A stretch of DNA of 64,000 bases from Squalus acanthias (lineage: Eukaryota): NCBI GenBank assembly GCA_030390025.1, contig CM059446.1:51894001-51958000 (forward strand), read 5' to 3'. The notes under the pieces were generated by a model. It was given only the letters and a program-made list of their open reading frames with translations. It was not told the DNA's origin and ran no database searches. A program made the position numbers and the translations under genes. Below are positions 25,080 to 37,601 of this stretch, in pieces. Position 1 is the stretch's first letter, and every line of letters starts with the position of its first letter.

Positions 25080-25372
25080 CTGAGATGTTGACTGCCCTCT
25101 CAAGTGGGCATAAAGATCCCATGGCATTATTTGAAGGGGGGGGGGGAAAGAGAGAAGAGTTCTCCTGTCTCTTGATCAATATTTATCCCTCAACGAAGAT
25201 TACTAAAAATAGATCAATGCTGTTTGAGGGACATTGCTGTGCACAAATTGACTGCTGTGCTTCTCTATGTTACAACAGTTACTACACTTCAAAAGTACTT
25301 AATTGGCTGTGAAATACTTTGGGACGTCCTGAGATCATGAAAGCCACTATACAAATGCAAGTTCTTTCTTTC
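25080..25372 (+). mobile_element. Deu-domain SINE, 3' part
   Basis: AAAGATCCCATGGCATTATTTGAAG...AATATTTATCCCTCAA...AAATGCAAGTTCTTTCTTT. Confidence 0.8.
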
Positions 25373-28300
25373 AAATGTTAGTGGGGATTTCGGTCAAGGA
25401 ATCTCAAATTTTCAGTGCAAGTTACTTTTTAAAGTTCTATTCTGTGCTGTGATTCGGAAATAAAAAAGTTAGTGAAAGGCAATTTTTTTCACAAATAGAA
25501 AAAAAAAGGCAAACTGGAATCAACAAAAGTAAAGTTATTCAACATATGCTTACTACCTGAACAGAACATCTCTTGGTGCATCTTCTGGATGTGCCTTCCA
25601 TACACTGAACACGATAAGAGTTGCAAGAAATAGAATATGGTTCAACAACATTTCAAGCAAACTTAACATGAAGATTGTGCAAGAGTGCAGAAAAATTATA
25701 TTTGTGCGATTTATCCGTCATTAAGTCTACAATTATAACATTTTAAAAGTGCACGGGAGGGAGGGAGGAAAGGAGCGAGAGAGGGGAAAAAAGGTTTAAG
25801 AAGTCCATGTTAATGTATAAATTTATACTCTATTCAACAAGTAGATACATTACTAGAAATTTTCTGTGTAGAAATACTGTGCGTTAATATAATTTGTCAC
25901 CATATCTCAGAAACAGCTCAAAGTGCTTCACCTACAATTAATTATTTTTGAAGCACTAAAATCATTGCACAGAAACTGTTGTATGCTGGCACTACCCCTA
26001 GAAGCTAGGTGATAGACAACAAATGAACATGGGTTGGGTGTTCTATTGAGCTTATGAAAAGACAGAACTTGTTGATGCACTGATCACAAAGTAGAACAAG
26101 TAGGAGATAAGATGCAGAACCTTGTTAAAGTCATGCCTTTTCACAATGCTGTGCTAGTGCAAGACATTGCCGATATTTGTCCTACTCACCACAACTTCCC
26201 ATTTTTATCGAAAATAAGTGCAGTCATACGTTCATATGGAGTATTAAGTACTACTGAATATTGCAAGTTAATCTGTATTACTCTGGGATCTTCACACTGT
26301 TCAACAAGAATGTGTTGCTGGATCGAAATAGCCACAGTGAATAATTAACATAACATTTTCTGATATGGTTTCAACAGAAATTGCAATTGCCTAAATAGAA
26401 ACTGGAACACACTACATTTAACTAAATACAAGTGCACATCATCTAATAAACTGTGCTCTATCATCAAAATGCAGCGTGAATTTTGTTGGCGTGTGGGTCT
26501 GTAAAAGGGGAGACTCCGAGCCGTGAGGATATGAACGACAATAAATGTTCTCGGGGCATTACAAACCATTACAGGATTTAGAATATATTTTGGGTTTCTG
26601 ACTTTTGGTTACAACTGATGAAGTCTGATACACAGCCATCTAAAAATAATTGCCCTTGTTTATTCCGGTAACATAGATAGAAGCCCAAAGAAATAAAGGA
26701 GGATAAAAATGGAGAATTAATTGGACATTCTCTTCAGCTGGATTCGCACAATATCTTGGCAGCACTGTGCCTGGAGTCGGATTTCAAATTTCAACCAACT
26801 CCGGGCTACACCATCGCATTGGTAACTGGAACAGCACTGGGAGAGAAAACCCTGCTGCAAATTCTAAATATACTTGCAATTATGTCAGTTGGTGTATTTG
26901 AGGGTACTGATTTCCTCTGCTGATTAGCTTTAGCTCTCACCAGCTGGGGAGTGGAACAAAAACACCAAAAAATATATATATATTTAAAATTAAAGCATGA
27001 AGTCCTCTGATCAAGGCTAAGAAGTTAACAAAGGTGCTTTGTACTATTAAACTTCATTTGAAACTAGGTGGAGTACATTTATAGATTTAGAACACTGGCG
27101 CATTTTGAAGCTGCTTTTATACTATGCTAGTGCTGCCAACTCCCAACATGCAGATCCCCTACGGCCAGTAGTGTTAGCACACTATAAAAGCAGTTTTAAA
27201 CACACCTTGTGAATAATGTCTTTAGTTTTACCGAGGTCTCACTCCTAAAGTAGGTTTCCTACCAATATTAACAGACCAGAAAGGAAGTAGCGTTCTAAAT
27301 ATTAAATGAGAAAAATGACCAAAGTCACTGATAACTTAAGAACTGATAGCTCAAAGCAAACCTCCAGAATCTTTGCTGCAAAACTTTTACGAGACAGGCA
27401 CATATATTCAATCAAAACCAATGCACCACAGGAATTGTACCTACACAGGAAAATCTACAGATGTACTGCTGTGTTGAAAATGGGATTATTTGGTGCAAGC
27501 AGGAGCACACTTTATGCTAAAATGCTTGTAATTCCAGATGCAACACAATGCTGAAAAGCCCAAGCCACTGAGGATACAGCAATTCTAAAGAAAGTTCTTT
27601 TAATAAAATTATTATTTTTTTTAAATAATTAGCTCCCAGCACAAATGTTGAAAATGACAAACTGCTTGGCCAATCATGGAAATAGCAATGCTATACGCTG
27701 AAAAACCCCTCGCCAAAAAACAATTACATTAAAACAAAATTAACAGCATCTTGCAGTGTATTTCCACGATCCATTGCAACTTATTCTCCAACATGTACTG
27801 AAAATGAGAAAAGTCCCATTACATGAAAATTTCTTAAAGTGTGATTCATATCAGAACTTTAAAAAAAAAACTAACATCTAACTTTTAACCTGAGTAACAG
27901 AGACTAAAGCCTCACTGTGAACGAATTATTCAACAACAAAACTGGGGAAATATGGCATCTGTTTCACAGATAAGTTATCTGTGTGCTTCTTACTGAGTGA
28001 AACAAACACCACATCTAATTGCCTAAATATCATAGAAAAATCTCGCGCTACCCTTCAACTGGTCATGTTACTACTGACTTATGCAGTCATTACATTTGCT
28101 AACCTTACTACTTAATCACAGTACCTACTAATCCTAAAGTACGTTACATTTACCAACACAACCTCAACGCTCGATTCCCTCGTGCTATTTAATGCATTGC
28201 AGTGTTTAATAGATCTGCAACTAAACAGAGTACAGGAAAATGTAGTTGTGGTACCACTTTCATTGTTTAATTAAACAGCAAATGAAACCCCCTTTCTTAT

Positions 28301-31300
28301 TGCCCTAATCTTTAGCAGTGAGCTTTGGAAGATAGATCTTGCATAGGTAAGCTACTCAAAAGCAAACAAAACCTTGTATGCAATATTACCTAGCGTAAAA
28401 CCTTGAGTACCACACATACTGGTTAAGTATCCTTGGAGTGCCAACATAAACCATAAGTGACGCTGCGAGTTGTAGTAACTGAAACTTGAAAACACACCAT
28501 ATGAGTGTACCGGAAGTCACATTTGCATGGATTCATTTCAAATTTCAAACATCCCAATAGATACCACTAAAACCTCAGATCTAGCCCATCATACCCACCT
28601 CTACTGCACGTCATATAATTCTCATTCAGATGCAGGTTCAATTCAAGGATGAAACAGCTAATTATAAGATAATGGAAGTATGTTTTCTTTGGTTTTCACT
28701 TAATATAAATGGTAGAGTCGATGCAACAAGTACAAATGAGAAGAGGCACCCAAAAAAATTAACAAAGTATGAGAACAAAAACAACATATCAGCGGACCAT
28801 TAGGACTCAAGGACGCCCTAACAGAATTCAGGGAATGACTACAGTAGCTTAAAGCTGCTACTTCCCCCCATTTAAATGGGAACATCATGCAAACTGGTAA
28901 GTAGTTAAAAAATGTTGAGAATTGTAATGATTTTGTAATAGTTGATAAGGCCGTCATTATCTGCACACCCACAGTGTTATATTTTCAAGCAGGTAAACTC
29001 AGGTTTTAAACACTTTTCAAACATCACCCAGATACAGACACTTAGACATGATGGAACAGAGTTCTGTCAGTAACAGGCTGTCTGGATGTCACTTTGTACA
29101 CTACCGACACTGAACAGTATTTGAGGCATTAGTTACCTGATCAGAAGCAATGTTTCCTATGGTATTAGTACTTTTAGCTACACTGCTAAAAATGCTTCAT
29201 TGACTAAGTATCGGCAACGCTTCCCCCACCCCCAAGCACGGCAATGACATTAACTTGTGCGTCTATAAACAGATGTTTGCACTGTGTCTTATAATCTTAT
29301 ACGGCTAACCTGACAGCCTTGAAAACCAGGGGCTGCGAATCATAATCAGCTCTCAAATCTTAAAACACCAAAGTTCAAATGAATAAGTTTCCTTCTCAAG
29401 TTGGAAGCAGTGGACACAGTGCAGCATTGTACACATTTTGGACTTAGTCAATGAGACCCTGTGCCACAAAAAGACTGCTGCTGGCATAGTGATGGTGACT
29501 AAATACAAATGTACTTACTAGTCTTCAGTTTACTAACCTACTGACATGAACAAGCTGTGGTTCATTCCACATGACGGATAAACATTACTGGATGCAGCAT
29601 AAATTGAACAGAAGTTGGATATTTTTGCTTTTATAACGGTTAAATGCACCTGAATTGCGTGACCATTACAATAATTGCTAGAATTTCTCAAACAGCTTTA
29701 CAAGCCCCAATGAGTCATCAAAAAAATTAAATTCAATTTGATTTCAATCTTTCACAGTATACGTCAAGTAATCAAAATTGAACAGTGGGACTTTGACCTC
29801 CGTCCTGCAAAGTTAACTGGTACCGAGTCAGGGGAAAACACATCTACAGTAGTTAGTCATACTTTTGGGAAACACATACAGCTTAGTACTTAATCCAGAG
29901 GAAAATGATTGTTTGGTTCAACCGGCCAAGAGGAGCGTTGAAAGTATAAAATCAGTTTGTTTAAAACAAAAATGGAATGTGGTTTATCTAGTGCTTATGT
30001 ACATCATTCAAAAGGTAGAATGATTTCTGGTGACACCAGCTTTTTAAAATACATTGGTTTAATGCTTTTACAATATATTTTTTGCAGAGTGCTATCGGTC
30101 AATTAAGTCTTTAACTCAAGAAGCTCGGATAAGAGCCAAGTTGACTCTCTGACCAATAAGTCTAGGAATCATTGGGACCCCCAAATCATAACTGGATTTT
30201 CAATTTTGGTTGACAGGCTGTAAACGTTATACAGCTGCTCCTGGAAATAGACAATGTAGGACAGATCGGCTTGGGGATGGAAAGGGATGACACATCAGTT
30301 GATTAACATTAGACAATATTTGTTTCCCAATTTTCTCCTCTCCTGATGGTGCTAACTCACAATTCCACAGGCAGCAACTACCTTCTAGTATCTCATCCGT
30401 CTCCATTCCCAGATAGTGGGCGTTGGTAGGCTATTCAACTGAAGAGACCATTGGAAAGTGATCAGAGAGAGGAAGGCAATGAGTTTTCCACTTCTTATCC
30501 CAGGAATGCAGAGCCCAATTGGAGCATTTGCTGTTGCTTCTCTGGCTGAAATTAGCTAACTCAGCACTGATTAGGAATCAACCTGGGAAACACGCAGTTT
30601 TATAGTACTGACAACACATAAGCTTTAAGGACTGATCATGAGTCAGCAATGCATTAACGAAAGCCTTTGCAACTTATTCCATTTCTCATTTCTTGGCTTT
30701 GAAAATAATTAGGGACGTGCTTGCGCAAAGTATTGACCAGGCAACAGAATAGATCAATCAGAACAAGAGGATTTAGGACCAACTTCATACACCAAGTCCT
30801 CCAGTGGAATGATCAAGATAGACAATCTCTATACAGGCCAATATTTATAAACAGACGGTACAAAACTTATTTTTAAATGGCTTTACAATATATGAAGATC
30901 TATTCCACATTCATGCCCACGAGTCAGTTGTAGCAGCATCCGTACCACTGCATTTCAAAATTTTACAAAAAAAGTAGAAATTTGTGGGTTTTAATGGAAA
31001 ATTGCTTGTGATTTTTTTCAAAGCCATATCTATAGGACTTTGTGTGTTGTTTAAAAAGCTAAAATAGTGCTGATCAAACACTGCAGTAATAAGTGCCATG
31101 TAAATGCAAACACTTGAGTTTGAGAGAGACTCATTCCAGAGGCAAATTGCACCACAGCTGCAGGCCATACAGTTCAACAGTGAATCTGGAGTACCTGTCA
31201 TGGAGGGCCAAACAGAAGTAATAAATTAGTTTTGCAAGAGTTTCCCCGAGTGAGAATTCTACATTTTGTTTCTCTAAAAAGACAAAAACCAGTGGAAGTC

Positions 31301-31836
31301 TTCATTTTGCAAATTTATTCTTTAACTCAAACACTTTGCTGCACTTAATCTGATCAAATGACCAAAACCAAAACTGGATCTCTTGATAGGGCAGAAAAAT
31401 AAATGCCTTTTTTCCATAAATTAAAAAATATATAAGAGAAGGCACAATTTTTAACAAATGAGCTCCTGCAAAACACACTTTTAACTTCTGGGTACCCTAA
31501 ATGTTGGCTCATTTGCTCCAAACCTACTGACACCAGATGTACCTGTGGTAACAGTAACTCTTGTCCCATGTTCTGATCACTATAAGACTATGTTGTGCAA
31601 ACGCAGTGAGTCACCATTTTGTGTGCGCTCCAAGTTGCTTTGAGTGGAGAAAGGCATAGAAAGGGCCTTGCAATCATACTTAAAACAGTTGTGATAAAAG
31701 AGTATAATTCTGCCGGTTGAACTACATTACTAGCAGGGAGTAGTTTTAAGGTAGTTAAACCCAGGCCAGGAATGTAACGATGATAAACGGCTGAATGACT
31801 GAAGAGAGAGTTTGGCAAATCAGGTTTGTGCAATGG

Positions 31837-32039
31837 TTACTCGCTCTGGTCCGAGCAGCTCTGGTCTCCGGCTGCTGTACACTGGGGCTTGTTTTTCTCC
31901 CAGTGACAGATGGCGTTTGTGTATTCTAGAATAAGCTTATCCATCCAAGTTAAAGGTTTTGGGAAAAGCACTGCTCCTTCAAAGAATCCAAGGTGACCAC
32001 CATGCAGAGTTAACACAAACATGACGTTTTCTTTTTTCT
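31837..32039 (-). CDS. ABHD2: ABHD2 terminal coding exon (catalytic His region)
   Basis: Boundary ccttgtcag|AG. Encodes (E)KKENVMFVLTLHGGHLGFFEGAVLFPKPLTWMDKLILEYTNAICHWEKNKPQCTAAGDQSCSDQSE, then TAA. Confidence 0.97.
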
Positions 32040-32249
32040 CTGACAAGGAACGAGAGAGAGAACGAAGTTAGAAATCATCAGTTATTCACAGAGAACGCTA
32101 TACAAAAGTAAACACCATCAACTTGTTCCAAACATTTGCAAAACCTCGACCCTTTGTCTACATGATTGTATGTAAAGGATTAACTTGGTTTCTACTTCCA
32201 AAAGCAACTTTAACTTGCCCTTGTCCTAGTTTCATATTGGCTTTATAGC

Positions 32250-32530
32250 TTCGTTGATGGCTCAGTTAGTAAGTGCACTGCTTAGTGAAGTACTGAGCCA
32301 TACAGGCCACAAAGATTCCAGGTTCCAACCCCATTCTGCGTTGAATTAGTTGGTCTCAGCCTAAGGAATGACAAAGTTGCTACAACTGGCCTCAGTGCCC
32401 CTCTGCTGGGAGGGGGGAAAGAAATCAGCCAGAGTTCTTGGTCACTATCCAGTGACCCCTGCTGGAAAGTTCATGTGTGGATATTAGGCAAGGACAAGAT
32501 CAGGCCTAGTTGTGATGCCCGCACCCAAAC
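32250..32530 (+). mobile_element. tRNA-derived SINE (AmnSINE2-like), best-preserved copy. Further decayed copies at ~30250-30600, 37050-37250, 50510-50830, 57090-57490 and 60335-60535
   Basis: Head TGGCTCAGTTAGTAAG...GGTTCCAACCCC (A/B-box-like). Body TACAACTGGCCTCAGTGCCC...AATCAGCCAG...TATCCAGTGACCCCTGCTGGAAAG recurs across the window. Confidence 0.7.
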
Positions 32531-33504
32531 AGTCAACCAGAGGCTGCAATCCTATTAGATTAAATCTCCACTTACACTAATTAAACAAAGCACATGCTGT
32601 GCACAGCTTATCAAGTACCACCTATTTAAATAATGCATCAGATACATCTGAACCTCTGTGATATCCTGCAAAATTAACCATAAAACATTTCTATTTAACC
32701 ATAAGTTGTTCTAGCTCATGAATACATCCACTTTAGAGGATAAGGATAAAGGGCAACAGTGTCAGTAAGTGCAGTGTATTTGTTCAGGAGATGGCGCCGA
32801 AGCCAAATGTTTACCCAGCAGCACCTGCTGTCCAGCTCATTAACTGCAGCATGGCTTCATAGTCAATCGGCACACTGTGAGTGCAAGGTAACCAAACAAA
32901 CATCAGAGGGCTTCAGAACTCTCCACTGCTGAATGGCTTTTTCACTAAGCAGGCCATGTTTTCTTGTACATAACAGGAAATCAACTGCTCGACTGATGCA
33001 GCTAAGAAGCTTCAATGCCTTTTACGGTACTTCTGCTCCAAAGGGAGGTTTATATTTACATCAAGCAAAATTAAATTAGGAGATGAAAGATCTAACCAAA
33101 GGAGAAAAAATATTTTCCACTAACTTTCAACAAGGATGAAAATACATGTTTGTGCGACACATGCCACAGTGTTTTTATCCATCAGTATACTGCAGGCAAA
33201 ATAAACTCAACTTTGTGAAATCATAAAAAGATTTGACCCGTGTTTTTGAGCAGTTTTGTTCTCCTGCTCTATAATAATTATTGATATAAAAAAAAACCAT
33301 GGCGATTAGGATAAATATTTTACATGTTACAATAATCTTAGAATCCCAGAGATTGCCACATAAATACAACGGGGAGAAAAAAATCAACTAAAACAGGCTG
33401 TGGTTGCACTGTAGCTGCCAATCTCAGATCAATCTCCTAGCGAGCAACACCTTTTCATATTGCCTAACTGCGAATCAGACTCTTGCATGCATACTCATCT
33501 AGAT

Positions 33505-33822
33505 TCATCTTTTGTTTAACCTCTCCCATTACCATCCCCTTTTGCCTAACACCATCATCCCTTATATCTTTTAATCTCTTCTGCCTTCCATCCTATCACA
33601 GACCTTCCCTTTTGTACTTTCCTCCCCTCCCCCCTTTCCCGGCCCCTGCACTTGCTCAAAATCTGTTACATCTCTAACTTTTTCCAGTTCTGACGAAGGG
33701 TCATCGACCTGAAACATTAACTCTGTTTCTCTCTCCACAGATGCTGCCTGACTTGCCGAGTATTTCCAGCATTTTCTGTTTTTATTTCAGATTTCCAGCA
33801 TCCGCAGTATTTTGCTTTTGTA
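33505..33822 (+). mobile_element. Penelope-like retroelement terminal fragment (second family) with a hammerhead-like motif
   Basis: Pyrimidine-rich leader, then CTGACGA-AGGGTC ATC GACCT-GAAACATT, then ACAGATGCTGCCTGAC...TTTCCAGCATTTTCTGTTTTTATT. Decayed relatives at ~11820-11905, 23245-23347 and 62507-62635. Confidence 0.7.
33686..33722 (+). ncRNA. Minimal type I hammerhead ribozyme motif (stem III variant)
   Basis: AGTT-CTGACGA-A-GGGTC[ATC]GACCT-GAAA-CA-TT-AACT. Stem I is AGTT/AACT, stem II has 5 bp, and both core boxes are intact. Confidence 0.6.
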
Positions 33823-33829
33823 TTTTGTC

Positions 33830-34112
33830 TAAACAAATCTATGCTGACTCTCTTTGATCAGTTGATACTTGTCCAAGTGGTCAGTCACTCTGTCTCAGAG
33901 GATAGATTCCAGTAACAGCTTCACAACTCATGTTAAACTGACAGGTTTGTAGTTACCTGGTTTGTCTCTTCCTCCCTTCTTAAACAATGGAGTGACATTT
34001 GCAATTTTCCAATCCAAAAGGCACAATTCCTGAATCCAGAGCGCTTTGAAAATTAGGATTAATGCAACTGCAATTTTTTCACCTATTTTTTTAATACCCT
34101 TGGGTGGAATCC
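33830..34112 (-). mobile_element. CR1 LINE internal (RT) fragment
   Basis: ORF 33928..34152(-) encodes DWKIANVTPLFKKGGRDKPGNYKPVSLT. Confidence 0.85.
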
Positions 34113-36509
34113 TTCGCTTTCCCTCTTCCCTCCCAACCCCCATCTCAAACAACCTGGAGTAGAAAGCTTTAATGGTACAAGTATAATTGCACAGGTTTCA
34201 CGTCCATGCAAAAATCTACAGTAGAACACCAGAGCCAGGTCCTGATCTCATTCCTGAAAGCAGTGGAGACCTCCAAAGCAAGACCTTTTCAGATCATTCA
34301 ACTAAGCGCATCTCCACTTCATAATCTTAAACGGAGCTTTCTATTTTAGTGCTTTACGAAAACGGATGCTCCCATCTGCGCTCTCAAAATATTTAAAATT
34401 GATTGGACACAAACCGAGCTCTCTGCTGGTTGGTGAAGTGCGATTCGCAGCACAGTGTAATTCAGGTGCTGTCAGCTACAAATTGCACTGTGCAGCTCTC
34501 AGTCTCAGACTGGGAATACTCCATAACCACAGTACAAGAGGCACTCAACCAACGACTAAGAATTGAATGAATTTATCCCATCTGTGCAAAGAGGAAGATT
34601 TCATGGCTGCCAAGCTTCTCCGGTACTCGAGTACACACTAATCCATTTTGCTGCAGCCCAGAACTGTTCGAGTTTAGCAGTATACACCATGCTGATCTTA
34701 TGGTTCAATTTGTGACAGTTGTGCAAGAGACTTTCCCATAAACTACTTCTTGTATCAAACAAGGTTTTAAAACCTAAAAACACATGCGTTTTATTGAATA
34801 CATTCCTCCTGCTAGTGTTTTGTACTGCAAATCGCGCTCCAGATGAACTCATCCATCGTCCTGCTATGGTCTCCCAATTAACCCTAGTCACAACTGGGTT
34901 TACTGAGAGCCACTGACTAACACTACATTTTGGTTGCTGAAAGCTATGTTTGATGTCTGATTTATGGGACATTAGCAAAACTATTGTGTTCAATTTTCTG
35001 CTGTGTTGCATCTGTTTCAGGCATATTTCATTGGCAGAATTCAACACAGATGTGAAACATAATTGACTGCTGGGTGTTAAAAAGTGGAACAGGGTAACTC
35101 GAACACAGGTCATGCCATTCTGGAGCCATCTTCACTTTTATCAAGTAAAAGCTTTGAGTGATGAAAAGGTTACCGGGACATCTGGTTTCAAGATTATGTA
35201 ATTGTGGAGTTATGTCAAGTGTGAGTATTGCTCGTGCTGATTCAAAAACTGCTTTGATATTGCACTAGCGCAACATGCTCCCAGTGCGTGGGTCTTGCAC
35301 AACTGGTGGCAATACGGATATAAACTTGCCAGATTCCGGGTGCTAGACCCGTGCACTTGGGATCAGCAGCATTCGAATAATAGAAAAGCAACTATAGTCT
35401 AACTCAATTATTTAAAAACTGCAAAGGACGTTGTGTATTTGGAAAGTAATTTTCTCAACACTAGAAAAATATTTAATCTATCGGCATTTAAATCCTAAAG
35501 GTGGCATCAAAATCACTGATTTCCCAGTCTTCACTGATTTTCTAGACTGCAGACTTTACCTATTCTCCCAAGTTTCTCAAAAATAGCCCCACCTACCCCA
35601 ACCCCAAATATTTTTTACACTGTGTTCAAATATTAGGAGTTAAATTACGCATTGGATACAGATAATTGGCACTACTACTGAACTGCAAGCATTTGTACAA
35701 TTCAACCAACAGAAGGCACTCCCAGGCCACTACAGCAGGAAAATAAACTAATTCAAGTTTCCAAGCTAACCTTTTAAAGGATTGTGCCATCTTTGTATGG
35801 AGACATAATAAATGTATAAATTACATTGGTTCAGAAAATACAGTGCCAAATACTGTGTTGGATCTCCACATTTCTATATTACAGTCTCTCAAATTATTTT
35901 ACTGTCACTATATGTACAGAATTTGAAAGCAACGAAGACATTTCTGTATTTCACTCTACCCCAAAAATACATGACACTGCAATAAATGGTGTGCACTCCT
36001 TATCCCCCATTCTCCTCTTATGTGGTCCCCTGGGCTACCCATGCACCTCTAATCTAGAGGGTGCAGTGCACAGCCTAATCAAAGGCTATTGGAAGTCTTG
36101 TAATAAGCGAACCTTTGTGGACCCCTCACTTCATTCTCTCTCTCAGGAAGGGGTTGTGGAGAAAGATACCTGGCCTTATCCATGCCCAGGGAAGCTGACA
36201 TTACACACTCCAGTGGAGTGGGAGCTTGAACTCTCAGCCCTTTGTTCCATGGCATCAGCCCTCCATGCTTACCATCAACTATTGCTTTTTCATAATCTCC
36301 AAAATATGGCTGGATTTTAAAATAAGTTGAATCTGAGCTAGACAGCACTAAAACATTCGGCATTCATTCAGGTTTAAACAGCCTGATGTAAATTGGTTGA
36401 ATCCTGAGCACAAGCTGGATGCAGAATATAGCTGCATCATTGTAATCACCTCAATTGAACTCATTCCAGAATCAATCCATAGCAAGTTTTCAGTTTTGTA
36501 ACTCGAATA

Positions 36510-36928
36510 CAGGAAACTTTCGTTTATCCGGCACCCAAATATCCGGAATTCTCGCTTAACCGGCAAAAATCATCCTCCGAAAACTCCTCTCAAATAACCG
36601 GCAATGTTGCCGAGTCGCAGTCGAGTCTCCGCGAACGCCGAGTGCTCCGAAAACTCCTCTCAAATAACCGGCAATGTTGCCGATCCCGAGTCCGAGTCCG
36701 TGAACGCCGATTTAGTCAGTAGGGGTACTTTTCAAAAGTGCCACTACTCGGCCACCTGGCGCTGTCGGAAGTCCGAAACACTGCAGTAGCAGGATTTGAT
36801 TCTCCCGCGCTGCCTGGAGTCTCTTTGTTAAAAATAGCCTCGGTAGATATAACTCTCCGTTATCCGGTACTTTCGATAAACCGGCACCACGCCGGTCCCG
36901 TCGATGCCGGATAAACGAAAGTTTCCTG
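36510..36928 (-). mobile_element. Tc1/mariner-superfamily MITE, copy 2, 419 bp, inverted relative to copy 1
   Basis: Same 24-bp TIRs. TA at 36508-09 and 36929-30. Near-identical to the reverse complement of 23936-24360, with one GACTC(A/G) hexamer fewer. Confidence 0.93.
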
Positions 36929-37516
36929 TATTCTTCATCCTCTCCCACAGGGGTATAGTTCCATAGGCAAAAAGGGCCCTCCAGTACCTCATTCCAGTGG
37001 CAATGTGTGCATGCACCTAGATAATGAGTGAGGGGCATCATGTACCCATGCCTGATCCCTGTCCTCAGTCGACATCTACAAATTTCATATTTTCCAGCAA
37101 TTGTCACTGGAGAGCAATCAGGAGCAGGAACCCAAGCTGAATTTTTCCCTCCCTAGCAGAGGAACATTGAGGCCAGTTGTAGGACCTTAATATTTACCCT
37201 AGCTGAGAGTAACTAACTCAGCAGAGACGGAAGACTGAACCTGCATTCTTCGGGTCAGTGGGCAGCATGCCAAGATGAAGATATTTATCAGAGGAAAGAA
37301 GGAAAAATTAGACAATGAAACAACCTGGCTGAGACCAGGGATTGAATGAACCTGGGGTGAATTTTTGAATTCAGAGCAACTATTAAGAATTTCTAGCTTG
37401 TAAGGTAGGAAATACTTACATAAAAACAATGGTCTAGTTCGGAGTATTAAAGATGGATGGGGATTTTGCTTTTTTTTAAATTTCTAACATCCAAAAGGAA
37501 TAATCATTAAACTCAC

Positions 37517-37601
37517 CTGCAAGTGAACGAGGGATGGTCAGCAAGCTTTCATGCACTAGGGGGTCATCCGAAGCATTCACTAGTAGAAGAGGAATCTGGA
37601 T
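37517..37601 (-). CDS. ABHD2: ABHD2 coding exon, 85 bp (catalytic Asp region)
   Basis: Boundaries gatacag|ATC...GCAG|gtgagt. Encodes IQIPLLLVNASDDPLVHESLLTIPRSLA. Translated by hand. Confidence 0.96.

Noticed and set aside
34601-36363. 170-aa (34601-35113) and 164-aa (35826-36320) ORFs in the last ABHD2 intron
   Set aside because: No homology recognised. The complete ABHD2 reading frame is accounted for without them.
23936-36928. circRNA formation driven by the inverted MITE pair
   Set aside because: The bracketed exon is terminal and no downstream donor was identified for back-splicing.
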